DNA from: an uncultured delta proteobacterium
GTDB lineage: Bacteria; Desulfobacterota; BSN033; UBA1163
Length of the DNA: 64,000 nucleotides
Assembly (NCBI GenBank): GCA_963827685.1
Contig: CAWHBU010000003.1
Span: forward strand, 320,001 to 384,000
Direction: 5' to 3'
Below are positions 41,548-52,025 of the stretch, in pieces (position 1 is the first letter of the stretch; each line of letters begins with the position of its first letter). The translations under genes and the position numbers were made by a program. Under the pieces are notes generated by a model. The model did not search any database, was not told where the DNA came from, and saw only the letters and a program-made list of their open reading frames with translations.

Positions 41548-42777
41548 TCATTCATAGCGAAGAGCTTCGATGGGGTTGAGCAGAGAGGCTTTCCGTGCCG
41601 GATAGAATCCAAAAAATACGCCTACCGACCCAGAAAAGAGAAAAGCCAAAAGGACAGCTTCGACTGAAAAGAGGGTCGGCCATTGGGTAAAACTGGATAA
41701 GATGAGGGTCCCTGCCACTCCAATCCCAATTCCCACTGTTCCCCCAATCAGACTGAGAACCAAAGATTCAATGAGGAATTGAAGGAGGATATCCCGTCCC
41801 TTTGCACCGACGGCGATTCGAATGCCAATCTCTCTTGTTCTCTCCGTGACGGAGACAAGCATAATGTTCATAATCCCGATACCCCCGACAATCAAAGAGA
41901 TGGAAGCAATGGCACCCAGGAGAAGGGACATAACATTCGCTGATTGCTCAGCGGTCGACATAATCTCTGTGAGATTCCGCACCGTAAAGTCATTATCCTG
42001 CTTCGGTTGAATATGATGCCTCTGTCGAAGAAGATCATTAATTTGATTCTCCACATCCTTCATCACCTCCGGTTGCGTCGCTTGCACCATGATCACTCTC
42101 ACCATCCCCGGGAATTGCATTCCAAAGAGTTTTTTTTGGGCCGCGGTCAAGGGGACGATGATCGTATCGTCCTGATCCTGCCCCTGAGTCGATTGTCCCT
42201 TCGGAGCAAGTACTCCGATCACGGTGAAAGGAACCATCTTAATACGAATGACTTGGCCAGTCGGATCGATCCCTCCAAAGAGATTATCTACCACGGTCTG
42301 TCCAAGAAGACAGACCTTTGTCGCTCCGTCTATATCCTGTTGTGTAAATGGGCGACCCGAAGAAAGGGACCAGTCTCTGATTTCGAGGGCCTCGGGGGTT
42401 GTTCCGTTAACAATGGTCGACCAGTTCTGGTTCCCGAAGACTACCTGTGCTCCCCCGCCGAGGTAGGGCGCTACATACTTGACCGCTGGAATCTCGTTTA
42501 GGATTGCTTTGGCATCATCCACTCTTAATGTTGGAACTGTTCCTGATCCGAACCGAAGTCCGCCGCTTGTTGAGCTCCCTGAGAGGACGATTAGGAGGTT
42601 CGATCCCATACTGGCAATCTGCTCGGCGATTCGCTTCTTTGCCCCTGAGCCCACAGCAATCATAGCAATCACCGCACCCACACCGATAATGATCCCCAAC
42701 ATGGTCAGGGCCGAGCGCATCTTATTGACCGTGAGCGCCCTTAGGGCAATCCGAAGGCTTGCGAGAAGACGTGTCAT
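41548..42777 (-). CDS. MacB/FtsX-like ABC permease
   Basis: RSALTMLGIIIGVGAV and GGIGIMNIMLVSVTERTREIGIR. Confidence 0.93.
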   Translation of the reverse strand: MTRLLASLRIALRALTVNKMRSALTMLGIIIGVGAVIAMIAVGSGAKKRIAEQIASMGSNLLIVLSGSSTSGGLRFGSGTVPTLRVDDAKAILNEIPAVKYVAPYLGGGAQVVFGNQNWSTIVNGTTPEALEIRDWSLSSGRPFTQQDIDGATKVCLLGQTVVDNLFGGIDPTGQVIRIKMVPFTVIGVLAPKGQSTQGQDQDDTIIVPLTAAQKKLFGMQFPGMVRVIMVQATQPEVMKDVENQINDLLRQRHHIQPKQDNDFTVRNLTEIMSTAEQSANVMSLLLGAIASISLIVGGIGIMNIMLVSVTERTREIGIRIAVGAKGRDILLQFLIESLVLSLIGGTVGIGIGVAGTLILSSFTQWPTLFSVEAVLLAFLFSGSVGVFFGFYPARKASLLNPIEALRYE

Positions 42778-43499
42778 TTCCCTCCCATCCTCCCTCCTGC
42801 AATGGTAGGCGCCGAATTCTTGCGATCATCAACGATTTTTCCGTCCCTGAAGAGAATATCCCTTTTGGCAAAGGAGGCAATATCCGGCTCGTGAGTGATC
42901 ATGATGATGGTAATTCCCATCTCTCGATTGAGGCGCTGAAAGATACCCATGATCTCTTCACTTGTCTTGGAATCAAGATTGCCCGTGGGTTCATCCGCTA
43001 AGAGGATGGAAGGCTGGTTGACTAAGGCCCGGGCGATGGCTACCCGTTGCTGTTCACCTCCAGAAAGTTGGCTGGGATGATGATGCTCCCTTCCCTTTAA
43101 GCCCACCTCAGAAAGAGCTTTTTGTGCCATCTCCTTCCTTTTGGAAGTTTGAGTTCCTGCGTAGGTCAGAGGCAGCTCGACATTCTCTAAGGCCGAAGTC
43201 CTAGACAAAAGGTTAAACCCCTGAAAGACGAAGCCGATCTTTCGATTCCGAATCTCCGCCAACTCATCCCTCGAAAGGTGTTCTCCATTAATGCCTTCCA
43301 AAAGATATTGCCCGCTCGTCGGTCGATCCAGGAAACCTATAATATTCATGAAGGTTGACTTCCCAGAGCCTGAAGCTCCCATGATGGCCACAAATTCACC
43401 TCGTTCAACCAACAGAGAAACACTCCGAAGGGCTTGAACTTCCACCTCGCCCAAGCTATAAACCTTCACCAAATCTTGAACCTGAATTAATGAACCCAT
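42774..43499 (-). CDS. MacB/LolD-like ABC ATPase
   Basis: [17 protein letters not shown] and ADEPTGNLD. Confidence 0.94.
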   Translation of the reverse strand: MGSLIQVQDLVKVYSLGEVEVQALRSVSLLVERGEFVAIMGASGSGKSTFMNIIGFLDRPTSGQYLLEGINGEHLSRDELAEIRNRKIGFVFQGFNLLSRTSALENVELPLTYAGTQTSKRKEMAQKALSEVGLKGREHHHPSQLSGGEQQRVAIARALVNQPSILLADEPTGNLDSKTSEEIMGIFQRLNREMGITIIMITHEPDIASFAKRDILFRDGKIVDDRKNSAPTIAGGRMGGK

Positions 43500-43502
43500 A
43501 TT

Positions 43503-43680
43503 TTAAATCCAAATTTCAAAATCCCTGCCTTCGCCGAAGCGGCTTCGCGCAGGCAGGCAAATGTCAAATCAATGTCAAAGTTCAAATTCTGGAATTTTTT
43601 GCATTTTGATTTTGGATTTGATTTGACATTGATTCACCTTTGGTTCATCACTTCGTGCGAGCTTTGACATTTGACATTTT
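43503..43680. repeat. Degenerate palindromic repeat (caaatgtcaaa/tttgacatttg) with nested cctgcc..gcaggcagg element
   Basis: Read directly from the sequence between macA and the ATPase gene. Confidence 0.7.
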
Positions 43681-43691
43681 CTCCACGGTTC

Positions 43692-45200
43692 TTATCTCCC
43701 TATTCCGCGCATGAGAGGTGGAGCGCCGGCTTGGCTCTGAGTTTTCTTGCCCGAAGTCTCTTCAACAATCACTTCTCCACCTTCTTTGAGATCTCCAGAC
43801 ATCACCTCACTGAAAGTACCGTCGGTAATTCCAAGGATGATAGAGACTGGCGTTGATTTTCCTTCTGAAGATAGGACCCACACCCTTCCTGGTTTTCCCT
43901 GCTCCGCCTGAGAAGACTCAGATAGCTCCTTCAGCTTCTGTTTCTGTTCGTCTGTGAGAATCCCTCCGATTTTCTGTCGGATGAGACCTTGGATCCGGCC
44001 CCTCGCCTCCTCTGGCTTCATCTTTTGGCTAACCTCCTGAAATTCCTGCCTCGATGACCTCAGAACCATTTCAAGTTTCGACTGCTGATCCGGTGTCAGG
44101 TTTAATTCTTTTGTCAATCGCTCGATCAAGAGACGGCCCATCGATGCAGAGCTTTCGCTCCTTTTTTGAGGAATTCCCCCCTGCTTTGCAGATTCCGGTT
44201 GAAACCTGAGAGCAGCGTTGGGTATTTTCAAAACCCCTTCTCTATGGGCAATCATAACGGAGAGGTTGGCGGTCATACCCGGCATCAGCTTTAAGTCTTT
44301 ATTGTCCACCTGGATCACAACATCATAAGTTACCACATTCTGTACGATAATGGGAGCAATGCGAACCTCAGAAACTTTTCCACGAAAAATTCTTCCAGGA
44401 TAAGCATCAACGGTAAAGGTCGCATCCTGCCCCACTGTAATACGTCCAACGTCTGCTTCACTCACATTCGTATCAACCTGCATCTTGGTCAGGTCTTTGG
44501 CGATGGTAAAAATAGTTGGGGCCTGGAGGCTGGCTGCCACGGTTTGGCCAACATCGACATTCCTCGAAACGACAGTCCCATTGACCGGAGAACGAATAGT
44601 GGCATATCTCAGGTTGGTCTCCGCCAGTTCCAAAGCGGCCTTCGCCTGCCCCACCTGAGCCTTTGAAGATTCCACTTGGGCTTTGGCCACCTCTTTCTGA
44701 GCTACAGCGGTATCATAATTTACCTGGGCCGTATCGAGGGTAGCTTGAGCAATGACCTGCCTTTCCAAAAGCGGCTTGTTTCGATCGAGATTTCTCTTTG
44801 CATCCAGGACAGCCACTTCAGCCTTCACAAGATTGGCCTGAGCATTCTCAAGATTGGCCTGGGCGGTCAGCACATTGGCCTTTGCCTGATCGACCTGAGC
44901 CTGAAAAATCGCAGGGTCTATCTGGGCGATCACCTGTCCCTCTCTTACCCGGGAATTAAAATCAGCATAAAGAGCTTTGATCGTCCCTGAAACCTGGCTC
45001 CCCACTAAAACATTGATGACCGGATTGATCGTCCCGGTAGCTGTCACGATCAAGTCGACCTCTCCCCTCTCGACCTTTACCAAACGAAATTTTTGGTTCG
45101 ATCCATTCTGGCCGGTCAACTGATAGATTGAAAATCCTCCTACAAAAATGATAAGGACGATCCCAATCGCTATCAAATATTTCTTCGTTCGGTTTCCCAT
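43692..45200 (-). CDS. MacA-like periplasmic adaptor (membrane fusion protein)
   Basis: N-terminal TM, VGSQVSGTI, IRSPVNG..VGQTVAASLQAP and LMPGMTA. Confidence 0.92.
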   Translation of the reverse strand: MGNRTKKYLIAIGIVLIIFVGGFSIYQLTGQNGSNQKFRLVKVERGEVDLIVTATGTINPVINVLVGSQVSGTIKALYADFNSRVREGQVIAQIDPAIFQAQVDQAKANVLTAQANLENAQANLVKAEVAVLDAKRNLDRNKPLLERQVIAQATLDTAQVNYDTAVAQKEVAKAQVESSKAQVGQAKAALELAETNLRYATIRSPVNGTVVSRNVDVGQTVAASLQAPTIFTIAKDLTKMQVDTNVSEADVGRITVGQDATFTVDAYPGRIFRGKVSEVRIAPIIVQNVVTYDVVIQVDNKDLKLMPGMTANLSVMIAHREGVLKIPNAALRFQPESAKQGGIPQKRSESSASMGRLLIERLTKELNLTPDQQSKLEMVLRSSRQEFQEVSQKMKPEEARGRIQGLIRQKIGGILTDEQKQKLKELSESSQAEQGKPGRVWVLSSEGKSTPVSIILGITDGTFSEVMSGDLKEGGEVIVEETSGKKTQSQAGAPPLMRGIGR

Positions 45201-45201
45201 C

Positions 45202-46521
45202 TCACTTTTCCTTCCCTTTCTTCCTGAACAAGAGACGAACCGGAACCCCTTCGAAGCTGAAGGTTTTCCTCATCTGATTAAGCAAATGACGTTCATAAGA
45301 AAAATGAATTCCATCTGGAAAATTGGTATAAATCACAAAAGTCGGTGGAGCCGTGGAGACTTGAGTGATATAGTTCATTTTCACACTTCGACCTTTATAA
45401 AGCGGAGGAGGAAATTTTTCAACCCAATTACCAAAGTATTTGTTTAATTGAGAGGTAGGGATTCGCTTTTTAGTCTGCTCTGACACATGGTCTACCACAT
45501 CCAGCACCTTCCTAACCCTCTGGCCTGTCAAGGCGGAAATAAAAAGGATGGGAGCGTAAGAGAGATACTTGAGGTCTTCTCGCACTTTTTCCTCATACTG
45601 AACCATGGTTTGAGAATCCTTTTCAACAAGGTCCCATTTATTCACGACAAGAATGCATCCCCTTCCCTTTTCATGGATGAACCCACCGATACGGGCATCC
45701 TGATCGGTCACTCCTTCCTCGGAATCTAACAACAAAAGAGCGACATCCGATCGATCAATGGTTCGAAGGGCTTCCACAATACTATACTTTTCAAGCCGCA
45801 GGCTGATCCGGCTCTTCCTCCGGATACCCGCTGTATCAATCAAGACGTATCTCCTCCCGTCTCTCTCAAAAAAGGTATCAATCGCATCGCGGGTTGTCCC
45901 AGGGGCCTCATCCACAAGCACCCTCTTATATCCTAATAAGCGGTTAATCAATGAGGATTTCCCGACATTTGGCCGTCCTACCACAGCCACCTTGGTTACA
46001 TCTTGATCCCATTTTTTCTCGATCACACTCGGAAGGGCCTTTATCACATCATCCATCAATCCCTTCACGCCATATCCATGTTCTGCCGAAATTGAATAAA
46101 TCGTTTCCACACCCAACCCATAGAATTCAAGGACCTTCTCCTCATGCTTTGGCCCGTCAATCTTATTGACGATATAGAACACAGTTTTATTCAATCTTCT
46201 AAGAATATTGGCAATTTCTTTATCCGAAGGAGCAAGACCTTCCTTCCCGTCCATCATGAAAAGAATCACGTCGGCCTCATCCATGGCCAACTGGCATTGC
46301 TCACGCATCTGGATAAAGAGACGATCTTTTGAAACAGGCTCGAACCCGCCGGTATCGATCAACGTGAAAGCACTTTCCTCCCACTCCACATCGGCATAAT
46401 TCCGATCCCGTGTCACGCCGGGCTCTTCCCAGACAATGGCTTTCTTCCCCCCAGCGACCCGGTTAAAGAGGGTAGATTTCCCAACATTTGGTCTTCCGAC
46501 AATAGCGATGATAGGCTTCAT
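45202..46521 (-). CDS. der: Ribosome biogenesis GTPase Der
   Basis: Two G domains (GRPNVGKST, GRPNVGKSS; DTGG, DTAG; NKID, NKWD) and KH-like C-terminus. Confidence 0.97.
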   Translation of the reverse strand: MKPIIAIVGRPNVGKSTLFNRVAGGKKAIVWEEPGVTRDRNYADVEWEESAFTLIDTGGFEPVSKDRLFIQMREQCQLAMDEADVILFMMDGKEGLAPSDKEIANILRRLNKTVFYIVNKIDGPKHEEKVLEFYGLGVETIYSISAEHGYGVKGLMDDVIKALPSVIEKKWDQDVTKVAVVGRPNVGKSSLINRLLGYKRVLVDEAPGTTRDAIDTFFERDGRRYVLIDTAGIRRKSRISLRLEKYSIVEALRTIDRSDVALLLLDSEEGVTDQDARIGGFIHEKGRGCILVVNKWDLVEKDSQTMVQYEEKVREDLKYLSYAPILFISALTGQRVRKVLDVVDHVSEQTKKRIPTSQLNKYFGNWVEKFPPPLYKGRSVKMNYITQVSTAPPTFVIYTNFPDGIHFSYERHLLNQMRKTFSFEGVPVRLLFRKKGKEK

Positions 46522-46726
46522 AGCAAATTGTTTATAAAGCATTATTATAAAATCTGCATAAAGTCTATACAATTTTCTTTATTCTTAAAGGCCTTCTCAT
46601 TTGAATACGAATGTGGTAAATTAATTTCAGAACCCCCACCCTTATCCCCCCCTGAGGGGGAGGGATGGGTGGGGGATATAGAGATTTACTGCGTTTGTAT
46701 TAAAACAAACTTTGGCGGGTAACAAA

Positions 46727-47209
46727 ATGGTCAAATTGATCAAAAAACCTATTATTTACTTATCCTTTTCATTATTCTTACTATTTCACGCTACGGGAGT
46801 AGCTCTATCCCAACCCAACGCTATGGAAGAAAAAGGTCCAGAGATCAGGTTGGGAGAGATAACCTTTTCACTCAGGGAATTTCAATCCACCCCATCCCGA
46901 CTTAGAATGCTGGAGATGCATATTGAGGTTCTCAACCGCAGTCGCACGTTTACTGCGCCACCTAATTCCATTACGGTGGTAGTCACCCAAAAAGAAGCGA
47001 AATTCCCGGAGGGAACCCCTGTAACCGAATTTGCTTCAAGCCCGCAGGAGGTAACCCTTGACCTTCCTCTCCCCCCTTCCACAGGTCGTGTATTGATTTT
47101 TGGTTTCTCCCTTCCGGAGACAAAACTTCAATCAATCACCTTTGAGATTCAAGTGAATCCCCCGGATGGAGAAAAGAAGATAGTAAAGTGGGAAAGTAGT
47201 GGAAATTAA
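46727..47209 (+). CDS. Hypothetical exported protein
   Basis: Signal-peptide-like N-terminus and beta-rich sequence. It fills the gap between der and ridA. Confidence 0.65.
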   Translation: MVKLIKKPIIYLSFSLFLLFHATGVALSQPNAMEEKGPEIRLGEITFSLREFQSTPSRLRMLEMHIEVLNRSRTFTAPPNSITVVVTQKEAKFPEGTPVTEFASSPQEVTLDLPLPPSTGRVLIFGFSLPETKLQSITFEIQVNPPDGEKKIVKWESSGN

Positions 47210-47586
47210 ATGAGAGCGATCGTCTCTATCTCAATATCGGCATCCCTGGGGAGTTTTGCTACCCCGACTGTTGACCTTGCAGGGGGAGAAGATGGGAAAT
47301 AGGTGGCATATACCTCATTCACCTGATTGAAATTGCCGATATCTTTTAAAAAAATAGTCATCTTGACCACGTTTTCCATCCCTAACTTTTGGGATTCCAA
47401 TACCCCTCTTATATTTTCTAAAACCTGCTGAGTCTGTTGTCGGATGTCTCCTTTTACCAACTCCCCTGTTTTTGGATCGAGGGGTATTTGTCCGGACAGA
47501 AAGAGAAAATTCCCCGCTTGAATAGCCTGGGAATAGGGACCAATTGCCTTGGGCGCCTTTTCTGTTTGGATCATCTTCTTCTTCAT
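47206..47586 (-). CDS. ridA: RidA-family reactive intermediate deaminase
   Basis: [23 protein letters not shown] and IEIE. Confidence 0.93.
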   Translation of the reverse strand: MKKKMIQTEKAPKAIGPYSQAIQAGNFLFLSGQIPLDPKTGELVKGDIRQQTQQVLENIRGVLESQKLGMENVVKMTIFLKDIGNFNQVNEVYATYFPSSPPARSTVGVAKLPRDADIEIETIALI

Positions 47587-47590
47587 GTCT

Positions 47591-48256
47591 TTATTCCTCC
47601 AACAATTCACAAACCTCTGAGGCCTCTCTCAAAATATAATCCGCTCCAGCCTTCTCAAACTCTTCCTTCTTTGTCCTTCCGGTCAATACCCCAATCGTCT
47701 TCATGCCCACCCTTTTACCTGCCTGAACGTCAATGATATGATCTCCAACCACCACTGAATCTCTCACGGAGGTTTTTAACGATTCCATTACCTGAGTCAG
47801 ATGCTCCGGATGGGGTTTAACATTCTTTACCGAATTTCTCGAAACGAAAACATCACAAAAATCGTCGATGTCAGGAAAGATCTTTCGAACCGCATCCTCA
47901 CAGTTCCGTGTAATGATCCCAACCTTAACTCCTTTCTCCCTTAAACTTCTCAAGGTTACCTTCGCCCCCGGAATGAGCTTGCCCTCCTGTGCCGCTTTCA
48001 TTTCTAACGCATGAAGAATATGATGGGACTCCTGATAAAACGTTTCTGCTTCGGAAGAATTCTTCTCATATAAGATCTCATAGATCTCATCTATGATTTC
48101 AAGCAGATACTTCTCTTGAATCGTCTCTTCTCCAATACCATAACGCCTCACCAAATCGAATACCCGTTCTCTCATGAGAGAAAAATCGATATTAAGAAAA
48201 GCCAGGGTCCCATCGAAATCGAAGACGATGGCTTTGATGGAATGAAGTGTAGGCAT
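47591..48256 (-). CDS. HAD-IA hydrolase (phosphoglycolate phosphatase-like)
   Basis: FDFDGTL, TRN, KPHP and VGDHIID. Confidence 0.88.
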   Translation of the reverse strand: MPTLHSIKAIVFDFDGTLAFLNIDFSLMRERVFDLVRRYGIGEETIQEKYLLEIIDEIYEILYEKNSSEAETFYQESHHILHALEMKAAQEGKLIPGAKVTLRSLREKGVKVGIITRNCEDAVRKIFPDIDDFCDVFVSRNSVKNVKPHPEHLTQVMESLKTSVRDSVVVGDHIIDVQAGKRVGMKTIGVLTGRTKKEEFEKAGADYILREASEVCELLEE

Positions 48257-48581
48257 AGGATTAAAAATAAAGTAACATTTTAGCTCTTTGGAAAAAGCGT
48301 TCCCCTCACTGTCCCTAAGTACCAAATTCTAATCAACAAATCCTAAATTTCAAATAGTATCCAATATTCGGACTCCAATCACCACGGGAGCTTAAGTTTT
48401 TTTTGAATTTCGGTCATTGGAATTTTGGACATTATTTGGTTATGGGTGCTTGCCCTACACCATATTAGGTAGAGGGCTTGGGATTGGTGCTTCATAACTC
48501 ATCAGAATTTTTCAAAAAGCTAAATAGATACAAAATAAATACACTACCGAAAATATATCTGTCAACGACAATAATCAAATT

Positions 48582-50122
48582 TGTGTTAGCAAAGTAGAAA
48601 TGTCCCCATTAACTGCTTAAGTTAAAATGTCCCCATGGAACAGGAGAAGATACTCATGGGGCAGAGGGAGTTAAAGAGGTGGCATCTGATGGAGATCGTA
48701 AAGGTAGGGAAGATCACCTTGAGGGAGGCTGGAGAGAGGATAGGTGTGTCCTACCGTCAGGCGAAGCGGATTGGGCAAGCGATCCGGGAGAGAGGGATCA
48801 AAGCCTTGGTGCATGGTAACAGGGGACGACCTTCGAACCACCGGCTCAAGGAGTCCTTACGAGAAAGGGTATTAAAGCTGTCGGAAGAGGTTTACTGGGA
48901 CTTTAACGATACCCATTTTACGGAGAAACTTCGGGAGTGCGAAGGGATCGATTTGAATCGAGAGACGGTGAGGAAGTTACGGCGGGAGGCGGGGATGGCA
49001 CCCAAGCGCAGGCGTCGGGGACCTAAGCATCGAAAGCGACGGGAGCGAATGGCTCAAGAAGGATGGATGGTCCTCTGGGATGGGAGTCCCCACCCCTGGT
49101 TTGGCCGAGACCTTCCACCTTGCTGTCTGATGGCTGCCATCGATGATGCGACCGGGAAACTGCTGGCCGCCCGTTTCTTTCCCTTTGAAGGTTCCGCAGG
49201 CTATTTCTGGCTTCTTAAAGAGATGATTAAAAAATATGGAATCCCAATGATGATCTATCAGGATCGCCACGGGTCGTTGCATCGGAATGACCCTCACTGG
49301 AGCTTGGAAGAGCAACTCGCTGGCCGACAGGAACCGACTCAAGTCGGATTAGCTCTCGAAGCCTTGGGGATTGAGCCGATCTCGGCTCTTTCTCCTCAGG
49401 CCAAAGGAAGGATAGAAAAACTCTTTGCCACCCTGCAGGATCGTCTGGGAGCAGAACTCCGTTTAAAAGAAATTGTAACGATGGAAGAGGCCAATCGCTT
49501 TTTACAATCAACCTTTTTAAAAGACTTTAACCGTCGCTTTGCCGTCAGACCCAGAGAATCCCAAAAAGCCTGGAGAGAAGTCCCAAACCATCTGGACCTG
49601 GATCGAATCATCAGCTTTCGCTATACGGCTACGGTCGGCAACGATAATACGGCTCGGCTGGGAGGATTGGTTCTCGATATTCCCCCTGGCCCTCAAAGAA
49701 GATCCTATGCGAAGCTCAAGGTGGAAGCTCGGCAGCTTCTCAACGGATCTTGGAGAATCTACGCTCAAGATCAGTTGATTGCGAAACATCCTCCTACTTC
49801 CCTCCGGGAACCGGTGAGAGCTCTTCCCCGAAAGAAACACCATGCAAAAGGAGTTAAAGATTACCACTGGGTCTATCTCGCTTCAGCACCCTCCAGGGAA
49901 GGTGACCCTTACCCCCTGCTCATCGAACATCGTTGATTGTAGCGCAACCTGGCGATTCACATTTCGCTTGTTGCCCATTAATAGGGATCTCTTATGAGAG
50001 CTCACTTAAAAAAAAGAAACTCAAATTGAAGTTCATCCACTCACTCAAGGGTCAAGATCAAAACCCTTGGAGGGGACATTTTCACGTTGCAGTTAAGGGG
50101 ACATATTGACTTCGCTTAAACA
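48582..50122 (+). mobile_element. IS1202-family (ISNCY) insertion sequence with 16-bp target duplication
   Basis: Ends TGT..ACA. Each end carries two aaatgtcccc-like/ggggacat sub-repeats. Direct repeat cgacaataatcaaatt at 48566-48581 and 50123-50138. Confidence 0.9.
48635..49936 (+). CDS. IS1202/ISNCY-family DDE transposase
   Basis: HGNRGRP, DGSPHPWF, IDDATG, YQDRHG and SPQAKGRIEKLFATLQDRL. Confidence 0.93.
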   Translation: MEQEKILMGQRELKRWHLMEIVKVGKITLREAGERIGVSYRQAKRIGQAIRERGIKALVHGNRGRPSNHRLKESLRERVLKLSEEVYWDFNDTHFTEKLRECEGIDLNRETVRKLRREAGMAPKRRRRGPKHRKRRERMAQEGWMVLWDGSPHPWFGRDLPPCCLMAAIDDATGKLLAARFFPFEGSAGYFWLLKEMIKKYGIPMMIYQDRHGSLHRNDPHWSLEEQLAGRQEPTQVGLALEALGIEPISALSPQAKGRIEKLFATLQDRLGAELRLKEIVTMEEANRFLQSTFLKDFNRRFAVRPRESQKAWREVPNHLDLDRIISFRYTATVGNDNTARLGGLVLDIPPGPQRRSYAKLKVEARQLLNGSWRIYAQDQLIAKHPPTSLREPVRALPRKKHHAKGVKDYHWVYLASAPSREGDPYPLLIEHR

Positions 50123-50191
50123 CGACAATAATCAAATTATCTTGATACATAGCAGAAGATTTGATATGAACCTATAAGGAGGAGAAAGAAA

Positions 50192-51913
50192 ATGATAACA
50201 TCGCTAAAAGATAGAATCCGGATCGCTTCGGGTCATGGAACAGCTGACCTTCTAATCAAAAACGGAAGGGTCGTGGATGTCTTCTCAGGTCAGATTGAAA
50301 AAAAAGATGTGGCCATTTTCGGAGGCGTGATCATAGGTTTCGGAGATTATCAAGCCAAAGAGATCGTCGATGTGAAGGGCGATTTCCTCTGTCCTGGTTT
50401 GATCGATGGTCATGTCCACATTGAATCGAGCATGGTAACTATCCCTGAATTCGCTCGAGCTGTTCTTCCTAACGGAACCACCTCTGTTGTCGCCGATCCG
50501 CACGAAATTGCCAATGTCCTTGGTCGAAAGGGCATTCGCTTTATGGCTGAATCGGCGAGAGATGTTCCTCTAAATGTTTTCATTATGCTCCCTTCCTGCG
50601 TTCCAGCCACTCATATGGAAACCTCTGGAGCTATCCTTAAGGCAACCGATTTGAAACCTCTGTTTAAAGAACCCTGGGCCATTGGATTGGCAGAGATGAT
50701 GAATTTCCCAGGCGTCATCTTCAGGGATCCAGAAGTTCTCAAAAAAATTGAAATGGCAAAGGGAAAGCGAATGGATGGCCACGCCCCCATGCTTTCGGGA
50801 AAGGGGCTTTATGCTTATCTCACTGCAGGAATCAGATCTGACCATGAATGTACCACTCTTAAAGAGGCCAAGGAGAAATTGAACAATGGCATGTGGATTA
50901 TGATCAGAGAAGGGACGACCGCAAGAAATCTCAGAAGTCTCCTTCCTCTTATCAATCTCAAGAATTCAAGGCGATTTCTTCTTGTCACCGACAACCGTCA
51001 CCCCAAAGAACTCCTTAAAGAGGGCCATATCGATTCCATGGTCAGGCAGGCAATCCGATGGGGAACAGACCCCATCTTAGCTATACAAATGGCAACGCTC
51101 AATACTGCGGAATATTTCAGGCTTGATGACCTCGGAGCCATTGCTCCAGGTTATCGAGCCGACATCGTCAGTTTCGATCATCTCGGGCGGTTTCGAATTC
51201 ATAAGGTCTTTAAAGATGGGATATTAGTTGCTGAGAATGGTAAAATGCTCTTCCCTCCCATCCGAAAAGTGAAGGGTCCTAAAATGAGGGGATCTGTCCG
51301 AATCAAGCCTCTTGAGAAAGATGTCTTTTTACTTCGAAGTGACCAGCCTTTCGCTAAAATCATCCAACTGATACCAGACCAAATTGTCACGAAAAAAGTA
51401 ATGAAGAAGATCCTCTTGAAAGAGGGGGTGGCCCATCCCAATATCAAAGAGGATATCCTTAAGATTGCAGTGGTTGAACGGCATAAAGCCACAGGGAATA
51501 TCGGGATTGGTTTTGTCCAGGGGTTTGGCTTAAAGAAGGGAGCCATCGGTTCGTCCGTAGCTCACGATTCACATAACCTCGTCATTGTGGGAGCCAATGA
51601 TCAGGATATGTTGAAAACAGTGGAAATCATTCAAGCCATGGGAGGCGGATTGACAGTAGTTTTGAACGGAAAAGTAATAGCTTCCCTCCCCTTGCCCATC
51701 GCGGGTCTGATGTCAGAAGCCCCGGTGCCCAAAGTCCACCTTCAGTTAGAAGCCCTTCATCGCGCTGCCAAAAATCTTGGGTGTCAAATTCCAGACCCAT
51801 TTATGACGCTTTCTTTTCTATCACTGCCAGTGATTCCAGAATTAAAAATCACCGATAAAGGTCTGGTTGATGTAAACCAGTTCAAACTTGTTCCGCTGTT
51901 TGGAGAAGACTAA
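50192..51913 (+). CDS. ade: Adenine deaminase
   Basis: DGHVHIESS, DPHEIANV, DGHAP, DHEC and SSVAHDSHN. Confidence 0.93.
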   Translation: MITSLKDRIRIASGHGTADLLIKNGRVVDVFSGQIEKKDVAIFGGVIIGFGDYQAKEIVDVKGDFLCPGLIDGHVHIESSMVTIPEFARAVLPNGTTSVVADPHEIANVLGRKGIRFMAESARDVPLNVFIMLPSCVPATHMETSGAILKATDLKPLFKEPWAIGLAEMMNFPGVIFRDPEVLKKIEMAKGKRMDGHAPMLSGKGLYAYLTAGIRSDHECTTLKEAKEKLNNGMWIMIREGTTARNLRSLLPLINLKNSRRFLLVTDNRHPKELLKEGHIDSMVRQAIRWGTDPILAIQMATLNTAEYFRLDDLGAIAPGYRADIVSFDHLGRFRIHKVFKDGILVAENGKMLFPPIRKVKGPKMRGSVRIKPLEKDVFLLRSDQPFAKIIQLIPDQIVTKKVMKKILLKEGVAHPNIKEDILKIAVVERHKATGNIGIGFVQGFGLKKGAIGSSVAHDSHNLVIVGANDQDMLKTVEIIQAMGGGLTVVLNGKVIASLPLPIAGLMSEAPVPKVHLQLEALHRAAKNLGCQIPDPFMTLSFLSLPVIPELKITDKGLVDVNQFKLVPLFGED

Positions 51914-51924
51914 TGCAAATCAGA

Positions 51925-52020
51925 AGGCAGAAAGCAGCAAGCAGTATGCAGAAACAACAGAATGATTTTATTGGTTTTTCACCTGCCGACTGCCTACTGC
52001 CTTCTGCTTACTGTCTTCTA
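51925..52020. repeat. Heptamer palindromic repeat (gcagaaa../ctgccta..)
   Basis: gcagaaagcagcaagcagtatgcaga and complementary ctgccgactgcctactgccttctgcttactg. Confidence 0.7.
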
Positions 52021-52025
52021 AAAGG

